From: a virus
Taxonomy: Duplodnaviria; Caudoviricetes
Strand: one strand, 5' to 3'
Virus record (IMG/VR): IMGVR_UViG_3300025270_000077
Coordinates: 1 to 24,155 of that record
DNA: 24,155 nucleotides
In this document: in pieces, positions 17,255 through 24,155 of the stretch
How positions within the stretch are numbered: position 1 is the stretch's first letter
How the letters are laid out: the number at the start of each line of letters is the position of its first letter
Program-made: the position numbers and the translations under genes
Notes under the pieces: generated by a model
Databases searched by the model: none
What the model was told of the DNA's origin: nothing
What the model saw: only the letters and a program-made list of their open reading frames with translations

Positions 17255-17652
17255 TTCATATTATTTCTCTGAATACCTTTAAATTTTTCAAAGGATCTCA
17301 TACTACCAAGACCAAGAAGAGATAGAGTTAAAGTCATCAACCCTTCCGTTTGAATTACAGGTAAGACTATATCCATGTTAGATACAGCTAATCCCCATAA
17401 AGCTATAGGCTGAAAGACAAACTGCCAACCCAAACCAAAAGCACAGATCCACATGATGGCAGGTCTAGCCCCAGCTATAAAGACAGAAGGATGTTTGGCT
17501 TGCTCAATGTTAGCTTGTGCTTGTGCCAGATCAAGAGATATGATCTGAGACTTTAACTCTGCATTGAGTTTGGTTTTAAGATCTTTATCCTCAACAAACT
17601 TATCAAGGATTTTGCCTGCTACTCCTATTACTGATTCAGCTATCCCTAACAT
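17251..17652 (-). CDS. Holin of the 3-TM (GTA holin-like) family
   Basis: 'KILDKFV.DKD.K..L', 'N..QA.H.S.F..G.RPAI.W.C', 'LLGLG.MRSFEK.KG'. GAGGAGG RBS. Confidence 0.85.
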   Translation of the reverse strand: MLGIAESVIGVAGKILDKFVEDKDLKTKLNAELKSQIISLDLAQAQANIEQAKHPSVFIAGARPAIMWICAFGLGWQFVFQPIALWGLAVSNMDIVLPVIQTEGLMTLTLSLLGLGSMRSFEKFKGIQRNNMK

Positions 17653-18421
17653 CTCTATCCTCCTCTGTTTTTTGTTTCAATTCTACAGTTACCGGAAGAT
17701 GTCTTGTTTTAAATCCTGATACTACAACCTCTTCCTTTTCATTAAACATATCAAAGAAAGGATAAATAACTAAATCTTTATGAGGTATACTTTTATATTC
17801 TAGTAGATCAAGCCAATCAAACTTGTGAAAAACAGATGCATGTGCATTAGTTCCATCTTCCAATATTTTTAAAGCTTTAAAGCAAGCTACATTAATAAAT
17901 ACTATTTTCTTTGCATAGCTATATATTTCATCTATAACCCAGCCAAGATCAGGTGTAGGTATATGTTCGATCACATCAGTACATATGACTGCATCAAATT
18001 TACCTGTTGGTAATTCCCTGTATTCTGGATAAGCAGGATCATAGAGTTGATAACTATCTAATCCCCATCGATCAGGAAGAGGTTCTCCCATCTCTTCTCC
18101 TCGTTCTACTGTTTTATAGTTCTCTGTGTAAAGATGTCCCTTCCCAGAGCCATAATCGAGAAGTGTTTTACATTCATTTTTTTCTAGATAGGCTCCTATT
18201 ACATCTATATATTTCATTAGACTTCTGCCGTTAAACATTTTTTCGCTTACTTTATGCAGATCTTTATATATAGACAATAATTCTATATATCTTTTTGAAG
18301 GTTTCTCTCTACTTAAAGTAGGATTAAAATGTATTTTCTTTCTTTCTGGAATAGAGGCATCTATAACTATATCCTTTAATTCCTCAACCTTTTTCCGAAC
18401 TTTTTTAATGTCCTTCATCAT
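17636..18421 (-). CDS. Class I SAM-dependent methyltransferase
   Basis: Motif I 'LLDYGSGKG', plus 'YDPA' and 'FDAVICTDVIEHIP'. Resembles glycan-cluster methyltransferases. Confidence 0.85.
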   Translation of the reverse strand: MMKDIKKVRKKVEELKDIVIDASIPERKKIHFNPTLSREKPSKRYIELLSIYKDLHKVSEKMFNGRSLMKYIDVIGAYLEKNECKTLLDYGSGKGHLYTENYKTVERGEEMGEPLPDRWGLDSYQLYDPAYPEYRELPTGKFDAVICTDVIEHIPTPDLGWVIDEIYSYAKKIVFINVACFKALKILEDGTNAHASVFHKFDWLDLLEYKSIPHKDLVIYPFFDMFNEKEEVVVSGFKTRHLPVTVELKQKTEEDRDVRDS

Positions 18422-20798
18422 AGTATCCTTTAAATTGTGGTCTGGTTTGTCTCTCTAAATTAATATCCCAGAGATCAGCTACCATCGTATTCGCTCCATG
18501 AAAAGTAAGCGCTCCCTCTAATCCTTCATCAGCAAAAACTTTCTCACAATCTTGAGCCATTGCCAGTAACTCACCAGTAGTCCAATAAGTTTTATCTTTA
18601 ACATTAACTTGTATGTACTTAGGTTTAGGAGTTTCTCCTCCTTCTATATCACCAGTAGTTTCAGTCTTCTCTTTCTTACTAGGTTCCTCACGACAACAAT
18701 CAAAACCAAATAAGTGAATATCTCTGAAGCCTAAAGTATGTAACATCCCTATTCCTCTCATGGCAGCACATGTACCACCAGTAATTAAAGTAGCTCCTTG
18801 TGGGATGCCTAATTCTTCTTCTACCTTTACCTGTTGATTTCGTATCTGTGTTCCCTGTTCCTCATCTTGTCTGAGAGAATCAGTAAAAGCGTGCCATCCC
18901 CAGATCTGAGCATCCTGACTAATCAGATGATTTGTTACGGAAGGATCTGTCATAGATGCTACAAAAAATCTAGTAGTAGGATCTATGTTTTTAAATAAGT
19001 CCTTACGTACAATATTGTGTGTACTAACACCTGTAATAGGTCTGGGATCAAGAATAATACAACCCCAAGGCTTAATGTCATGTTCAAGTAAATGTGGGTA
19101 AGCATGTTTAACTACCAGTAATTTCGTTTCAGGATTATCAATAGTAAATTGTTTCAGTTTTTTATAGTCAAGATAAGGACCAGCAGATATCATTGCTGAT
19201 GAACCTCTATGACCCGGATGTTTAGTCACCCACTTCTTAGGACTAATCAAAGTTATGTTTGATTTAATATTATTTTTAATATAATCTTTTGGTACACAAT
19301 CTCTGGGATGTACAATAATAGGAACACGTTTAAGTTCTTCTGGTAAATCTTTTAGAGTGGAATCATGAAGAAAAACCACAAGATGAGTATGACCACCACC
19401 AGCCACTTTGTCACCTGAAGGAAGAACATATTTTCTTGTGGATGCTTTTTCATCGAAGTTCGTCCATCCATCTTCTGTTGTTTCCTGTGCGTTGACTTTC
19501 TTTGTCTTAACAGCATTAAATACATTTTTTACTCCTTGATATCTTTCAGGAGGTGTCCCTTCCCCATCTTCCTCACTCTCCTTGGTAAAATAATGATCAG
19601 CTACTACAACAGGTGTATATTTAAGAACTTTATATTCTGCTTCTACAGTTTCTTTACTGTTGCCACTTCCCATCAAGGCAAATTCAACATCATTAATTGC
19701 CTCAGTCCTTCTGATAACATCCAGAGTTTCCCTAACATTTCCTTTATATAATTCAAAGGTAAATGTTTTGTCTTCCTTCTCTTTAATATGTGCAGCAAAC
19801 TCTTCCAGCCTATTTCTTACGGCTTGCATGGTATTATGAGGTTTAACATTAAACTCTATATGATCTGTTTCTGTTGTAGCATCTTCAAATAAATCATAAC
19901 CCATGTAGTGAACTTTGTCAGTGTATTTCAACGCAGCCAAAGACATTTCTATAGCTCTACCACCATTCCATGTCCCGGTTTCTAGTATACACTTGGGTTT
20001 GTAGAATTTTATTAAGTCTGCTAGTTGTCTATACCTATTAGGTAAAATATCAGGAGAGGTTTCAGTATCAGATAATTTAATTATACGATTCCCATCCTTA
20101 TCTCTTACTGCCATGTTCTTACGATCATGTAGACTGACAAGCATTTCTGATAGAGGAGAGTTATCTATATCTATTTCATATTCTTTCATACCATGAGCAG
20201 TATAGATTGTTCTTAGTCTATTAAAAACAAAGACATCATGCCACTCTCTATAGTTAAGAAACTCTCCAGAAATAAAGGCTCCTCTTAAATCTCCTAGTAG
20301 ATCTACTGGAGTTTGTCTATTCAGATTAAACATAGTAAGATATGTTTGATCTTTAAAAGTAATAAGATCTATATTCTCTGAATGCTCTGGTAAAATATTA
20401 TCAAGATCTTTAACTGAAATATTTTTTAGATTAATAGAGCTTGGATCAATCCAGATTAACCAGCAACCTTTAGATGCAAACGCACATTCAGTTAATGAAA
20501 TTACCTTGGGAATAAATTTAAGAGGATCAAGTATCTCATTATAAGCTATGGTTCTTCCTTCAGTTCCATCATGTTTAGAAAATTCTTTTAAAAATTTAGG
20601 ATACTCTTCTATCTCTAGAAGATTATGATAATAAATATTAGCTGCCTTGGGCAGAGAATAGTTAGTTAAATCTAGGTTATAATAATAACAATGAAACTCT
20701 ATAGAACTTTCCCAATTATTTTTAAATTCATTTAGAAGATTGATTGTGCTGTGTTGAAGAAAGCTTTCATCAAAAGCTGTTACAACTTTATATTGCAT
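18405..20798 (-). CDS. Three-domain fusion: GT-A-like domain + SAM methyltransferase-like domain + Maf/MptE (DUF115)-like domain
   Basis: N-terminus 'VVTAF...D..KF..KV...WLIWID' (GT-A-like). Middle 'ILETGTWNG.RA...YMGYDLFE...LYKGN.RETL' (Methyltransf_24-like). C-terminus 'SAGPYL', 'LDPR', 'TGGTCAA.R......LGFRDIHLFGFDCC' (Maf/MptE-like). Confidence 0.7.
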   Translation of the reverse strand: MQYKVVTAFDESFLQHSTINLLNEFKNNWESSIEFHCYYYNLDLTNYSLPKAANIYYHNLLEIEEYPKFLKEFSKHDGTEGRTIAYNEILDPLKFIPKVISLTECAFASKGCWLIWIDPSSINLKNISVKDLDNILPEHSENIDLITFKDQTYLTMFNLNRQTPVDLLGDLRGAFISGEFLNYREWHDVFVFNRLRTIYTAHGMKEYEIDIDNSPLSEMLVSLHDRKNMAVRDKDGNRIIKLSDTETSPDILPNRYRQLADLIKFYKPKCILETGTWNGGRAIEMSLAALKYTDKVHYMGYDLFEDATTETDHIEFNVKPHNTMQAVRNRLEEFAAHIKEKEDKTFTFELYKGNVRETLDVIRRTEAINDVEFALMGSGNSKETVEAEYKVLKYTPVVVADHYFTKESEEDGEGTPPERYQGVKNVFNAVKTKKVNAQETTEDGWTNFDEKASTRKYVLPSGDKVAGGGHTHLVVFLHDSTLKDLPEELKRVPIIVHPRDCVPKDYIKNNIKSNITLISPKKWVTKHPGHRGSSAMISAGPYLDYKKLKQFTIDNPETKLLVVKHAYPHLLEHDIKPWGCIILDPRPITGVSTHNIVRKDLFKNIDPTTRFFVASMTDPSVTNHLISQDAQIWGWHAFTDSLRQDEEQGTQIRNQQVKVEEELGIPQGATLITGGTCAAMRGIGMLHTLGFRDIHLFGFDCCREEPSKKEKTETTGDIEGGETPKPKYIQVNVKDKTYWTTGELLAMAQDCEKVFADEGLEGALTFHGANTMVADLWDINLERQTRPQFKGYYDEGH

Positions 20799-21558
20799 CT
20801 ACGGTATCCCTTAGTAATAGTCTTGAATAATCAGCATTCCATTCAGCGGCATACATTCCATCAATAGCTCTTTTACATTTCCATTCTTTAAACCAAGGAC
20901 CACCAGTAGTGAAGTGAACATTTTTAGGTTCGATATCTTCTGATGAATGACCATCCAGCCAATTCCATTCTTCATGAATTTTTCCTATGACACTATTCTT
21001 TTTAGGTAACCATTCAAACCTATGAAGAAAGCTACCAGATCTATTGTTAACTTCCAATGGAGTTATATTTTTATTTAACTCATGTTCACAATTCCATAGA
21101 ACAAAGCTAGACCAATTCTTTCTAGAATACATTCCTTGTTCTCTACCATCCATTTTGTATTTATCAGTAGGAGCATAGTCATGTTTAACACAGTAAAGAG
21201 GATACCTTGAATCATTATATTCTTCAAAGAGTTCATTAATATCTGTTCGAGGATACATGTCACAATCCATATACAAAGCCCAGCCTTTCCACAGATTTAA
21301 AGATGGAACTAGAAACCTGCTAAAACTAAATTCAGTAGAAAAAGGACGTTGATCTATCTTATCTATGTATTGTCCATTGACAATTTCAAATGGTCTATAA
21401 AGAAGAGTGGCTCGTTCCAGTTCCTTTTTAATTAAAGGTTTAATAATAATGGGCTTTGGAGAATTTGCTTTTATAGTATCTCTTAGTACTTCATAGGCTG
21501 CATCTTCTTTTGGATCATATCCAATATAGATCGTATTGATTTGTTCTGTTCGTTTCAT
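20788..21558 (-). CDS. GT-A fold glycosyltransferase (GT8-like / plant CDI-like)
   Basis: 'IYIGYDPKE', 'STEFSFSRFLVP', DxD motif 'YMDCDM', 'RKNWSS..LWNC.H', 'WNWL', 'HFT.GGPWF'. The start is likely ATG 21558 with an AGGAGA RBS, not TTG 21585. Confidence 0.85.
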   Translation of the reverse strand: MKRTEQINTIYIGYDPKEDAAYEVLRDTIKANSPKPIIIKPLIKKELERATLLYRPFEIVNGQYIDKIDQRPFSTEFSFSRFLVPSLNLWKGWALYMDCDMYPRTDINELFEEYNDSRYPLYCVKHDYAPTDKYKMDGREQGMYSRKNWSSFVLWNCEHELNKNITPLEVNNRSGSFLHRFEWLPKKNSVIGKIHEEWNWLDGHSSEDIEPKNVHFTTGGPWFKEWKCKRAIDGMYAAEWNADYSRLLLRDTVDAI

Positions 21559-21573
21559 TTGATCTCCTATGAA

Positions 21574-21644
21574 AAGGGAAGACAATTATCTAGGTATCTG
21601 ATTCTTCCTTAAACCTAGCGGTGCAACTATAATTATCTTCCCTT
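21574..21644 (-). promoter_or_regulatory. Structured intergenic RNA element (long stem + bulge + inner hairpin); terminator/attenuator, processing site or cis-regulatory RNA
   Basis: 16-bp inverted repeat 21574-21589 / 21629-21644 with one G-U pair on the minus strand. It encloses a 10-nt bulge and a 6-bp CTAGGT/ACCTAG stem. Confidence 0.7.
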
Positions 21645-21648
21645 ATCT

Positions 21649-22092
21649 TTATTTAAGTTCTATTAACTTAGGCTTTTTATCCTCTGGAATATTCTGTCTA
21701 AGCTGAATGATAACCATTCCATTTTCAAACGATGCTTCCATGACTTCGATAGTCTCAGCAAGATAAAAAGTTTTGGTAAATGCTCGACTTGCAATACCTT
21801 TATGTAGAATGTTTTCCTGATCCTCCTTTTCAGAGTTGTTGCCACTAATTGTTAGCTTCTGTTCTTCTTGAACTACCTTCACATCTTCTTTACTGAAGCC
21901 AGCCAAGGCTAGTTCAATCCGAAACTCTTCATCCGATTCCTTAATAAAGTTATGTGGAGGATAGCTCTGTTCACTTCTAGGAGCATCCGACATAGCCTGA
22001 AATAGCCTATCATAACCTACTGCCCATCTCTGAAAATTAGATAGAGTAGGGTTGTTAAGAAATCTCCAATTACCTTCAAGGTGTACATTCAT
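21649..22092 (-). CDS. ibpA: Small heat shock protein Hsp20 (IbpA-like)
   Basis: 'VGYDRLF', 'SYPPHN..K', 'IELALAGF', 'LHKGIASRAF.KTF.LA', 'A.FENGM..I.L...IPEDKKPK.I'. Confidence 0.93.
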   Translation of the reverse strand: MNVHLEGNWRFLNNPTLSNFQRWAVGYDRLFQAMSDAPRSEQSYPPHNFIKESDEEFRIELALAGFSKEDVKVVQEEQKLTISGNNSEKEDQENILHKGIASRAFTKTFYLAETIEVMEASFENGMVIIQLRQNIPEDKKPKLIELK

Positions 22093-22146
22093 AATTTTCT
22101 CCTTTTAAGCAAGATATTATAGAACCCACTATTGGCATTCTATATA
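22093..22146 (-). promoter_or_regulatory. ROSE-like RNA thermometer in the hsp20 5' UTR
   Basis: The minus strand reads UAUAGAAUGCC-AAUAGU-GGGUUCUAUA (hairpin 1), then UCUUGCUU-AA-AAGGAGA. The U(U/C)GCU motif pairs with the SD and leaves the characteristic bulged G. Confidence 0.75.
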
Positions 22147-22151
22147 TATAT

Positions 22152-22180
22152 ATTATACTACACTTTTATTAATTTGACAA
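22152..22180 (-). promoter_or_regulatory. Sigma70-type promoter for hsp20 and downstream genes
   Basis: Minus strand (C)TTGTCA (22180-22175), 17-nt spacer, TATAAT (22157-22152). A-tract upstream (UP-like). Confidence 0.8.
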
Positions 22181-22189
22181 GTCTTTTTT

Positions 22190-23866
22190 TTAAATTCCAC
22201 AAACTCCTCCAGCACCACTGATCTCACAAATATCATGAGGTTGTATATTGTCTTCAAATTCTTCTCCTAATTTTTCCAGAGCCTCAGAGTATGGCACCTT
22301 GGTAAGAGGTTGTCCTCCTCTACATCCATCAGGATAGCAGGTAAAGCCTCTCAATCTATGAGCATACTTAGCTAGGGTCTGAGCAAAGTCCTCTATCTTA
22401 TCTTCATTATTATCTTCAGTACCCCATTCTGGCAGATTAATTGTAGAAGAGATAGACATATCCACATACTCCTGTACGTTGGCTTGAAAGTTTAATCTAC
22501 GTTCATAGTTAGTTACAAGATCGAGAGCCGATTCAATATCATCTGGTTTAACATCATAGAGTTCTATCATTTCTTGAGCAGCGCTATCTACTACATACTG
22601 ATAGTGCCATCTCCTGTTCTTAAGATACCTTCTCTTATAAGCTACAGCAAAGATAGGCTCTACACCTGTAGATGTACCTCCTAGAATACCAATAGTTCCG
22701 GTAGGTGCTACTGCTCTGACAGCAACAGGGATAGAGATGTTCAACTGATTGGCAAAGGAGCGAGCTACTTTATCTGACTCTGCTTCGTAAACTTTGAACC
22801 ATCTATGTATCTCTGGTGTAGTCTCATACTTATGTCCACGTTGGATTAGCCATTCATGTAATCCCATTAAACCAAGTCCCAGGCGTCTATTCTTTTCTCT
22901 AACTGTATAGATTTTATCATAAGGTAGTTCTGCTCGTAGGGTTCCACATAAAAGAAACTTTGTAGCTAATTGTACAACCTCCTGTAATTGATTCAGATCA
23001 TCAATACGAGCAAAATTAAGGCTCCCCAGATTACAAACATCACTATCATCCTCACTAGATACCTCGGTGCAAGCATTACGTAAAGTTTCATTTTCCTTTT
23101 CAAAGAAGTTAAACGAGAATCCCGGTTCACCTGTTCTAAGAGCTTGTGCCACATTTGTTTTAAAAACATTGCCTATCCTCCCTTCTTCCCAGTACCTAAG
23201 TAACCACTTAGTATCATAGTTAACACTGATGTTTGTCATATCCAGGGGAGCAGGAAAATTAAAATCTTCTTGTTTAATATCAAACAATGTCTTTCCTGTG
23301 CTGCCTACTGGCATATCAAACCAGTTCTTGGCTGTGAGAAACTTGTCTACATCATCATGCTGCCAGTTCAGAGAGGCATAGATAGCTGATCTCCTCGACC
23401 CTCCCTGCATAACCTTCTGTCCTATAGAATTAATCATTTGCATTTTAGGTATAGGACCAGAAGCTATACCACCAGTACCTTTTAATGTCTGACCTTCAGA
23501 TCTGTATACAGAATAGTCTACACCTATACCACCACCTGTCATAAGACAGCTTTCTGATTTCCATGACAGGTTTGCCCAATCTTCTCTGGTATCTTCCTCT
23601 GCTTTTAAAAGATAACAGTTATTAAAAAACTTTTTATCTCTTCCTGCATAGTAAAGATATCTTCCTCCAGGTAGAAATCTTATATTAGATATATGATCTA
23701 TCAAAGATTCTTTTTCATCTTTATTTAGATTATTTTGACAGACATCTTCTACCAAAGTACAAGCTAGTTCATGTAGAGTTTCTGCTCCTTCATGTGCATA
23801 TTTTTCATAAAAAATATCCTCAGAAAATTTAGATCGAAATTGTGGATTACGATTTGATTTGAACAT
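22190..23866 (-). CDS. nrdJ: Ribonucleotide reductase, class II (adenosylcobalamin-dependent), compact form
   Basis: 'FNNCYL', 'GG.RRSA', catalytic 'RNACTE' (NxCxE), 'CNLGSLN', 'R.LGLG.MG', 'APTGTI', 'SISSTINLP'. It has 'TCYPDG.R' in place of the class I YY pair, a C-terminal Cys pair, no ATP cone, and no adjacent beta-subunit gene. Confidence 0.88.
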   Translation of the reverse strand: MFKSNRNPQFRSKFSEDIFYEKYAHEGAETLHELACTLVEDVCQNNLNKDEKESLIDHISNIRFLPGGRYLYYAGRDKKFFNNCYLLKAEEDTREDWANLSWKSESCLMTGGGIGVDYSVYRSEGQTLKGTGGIASGPIPKMQMINSIGQKVMQGGSRRSAIYASLNWQHDDVDKFLTAKNWFDMPVGSTGKTLFDIKQEDFNFPAPLDMTNISVNYDTKWLLRYWEEGRIGNVFKTNVAQALRTGEPGFSFNFFEKENETLRNACTEVSSEDDSDVCNLGSLNFARIDDLNQLQEVVQLATKFLLCGTLRAELPYDKIYTVREKNRRLGLGLMGLHEWLIQRGHKYETTPEIHRWFKVYEAESDKVARSFANQLNISIPVAVRAVAPTGTIGILGGTSTGVEPIFAVAYKRRYLKNRRWHYQYVVDSAAQEMIELYDVKPDDIESALDLVTNYERRLNFQANVQEYVDMSISSTINLPEWGTEDNNEDKIEDFAQTLAKYAHRLRGFTCYPDGCRGGQPLTKVPYSEALEKLGEEFEDNIQPHDICEISGAGGVCGI

Positions 23867-24155
23867 GTCTTCCCTTTTCCCCTATTAAAGCATTAAATAA
23901 ATCTTTTTGTTCTTCTTCTTCTGGGTATTCTAATGCTAGTAACATTTCAGCATAATGAATTACTTTCTCTATATCCTTTTTACCTTCTCCTTTTTTATTG
24001 TGTCTGGTAATATATTTTACAATATTAGCTTCACATGTATTTAATTTATTTAATTGACAATAAACTGTAGGCTGTATAACACAATCTTTATAATGGTTTC
24101 CTCCTACTTGTTTTTTAAGTGGATCATCAGATGAAAGAATTAAATCTTTTTCTAA
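23847..24155 (-). CDS. DUF3310 family protein (T7 gp1.7-like / SaV-like), 5'-truncated by the window edge
   Basis: Manual translation ...KQVGGNHYKDCVIQP..Y...N......NIVKYITRH.KKG..KDIEK.IHYAEMLL. Stop at 23849-23847 overlaps the nrdJ start. Absent from the ORF track. Confidence 0.85.
   Translation of the reverse strand, partial: LEKDLILSSDDPLKKQVGGNHYKDCVIQPTVYCQLNKLNTCEANIVKYITRHNKKGEGKKDIEKVIHYAEMLLALEYPEEEEQKDLFNALIGEKGRHVQIKS

Noticed and set aside
15655-21845. Shadow ORFs 15655-15930, 15946-16140, 16665-16895, 18007-18234, 19536-19751, 21075-21263, 21663-21845
   Set aside because: Antisense or off-frame to genes with clear family motifs, with no independent support.
22141-22152. (TA)n run as a phase-variable microsatellite
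   Set aside because: Short, lies between the -10 box and the leader in AT-rich DNA, and there is no evidence of variation from a single sequence.
22174-22202. Perfect TTGACA on the + strand (possible antisense promoter into nrdJ)
   Set aside because: No -10 hexamer at 16-18 nt spacing (CCACAA at 17). It arises from the near-palindromic minus-strand -35.
23867-23960. Cobalamin riboswitch upstream of nrdJ
   Set aside because: The region is DUF3310 coding sequence and I see no B12-box or conserved riboswitch core.
1-24155. tRNA/rRNA genes, integrase, transposase, intron or intein
   Set aside because: Intergenic gaps are too short or explained by other elements. No cloverleaf, recombinase or splicing motifs were seen, and nrdJ appears uninterrupted.

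Overview
AT-rich dsDNA bacteriophage genome fragment, most consistent with a podovirus-like marine phage of an alphaproteobacterial host (inference from gene content). It has two convergent gene arms meeting at about 15800-15834. The + arm (1-15800) is a tightly coupled virion module: tail fibre/lectin accessory proteins, a tail stabilisation/nozzle-type protein, three probable internal (ejection) proteins, a TM/coiled-coil protein, a peptidase M15 endolysin and two unknown ORFs joined by an identical 12-bp junction. The - arm, read from the right end, encodes a DUF3310 protein (partial), class II ribonucleotide reductase, Hsp20 with its own sigma70 promoter and a ROSE-like thermometer, a structured intergenic RNA element, a three-gene glycosyltransferase / GT-MTase-Maf(MptE)-like fusion / methyltransferase cluster, a 3TM holin, an unannotated 40-aa Trp/Lys peptide, an A-type Fe-S carrier, a DUF6552-like membrane protein and an orphan terminase small subunit. 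The best candidates for undescribed biology are the glycosylation-methylation cluster with its structured leader, and the cassette-like effector ORFs after the endolysin. All family calls come from motif recognition by eye, with no database search.
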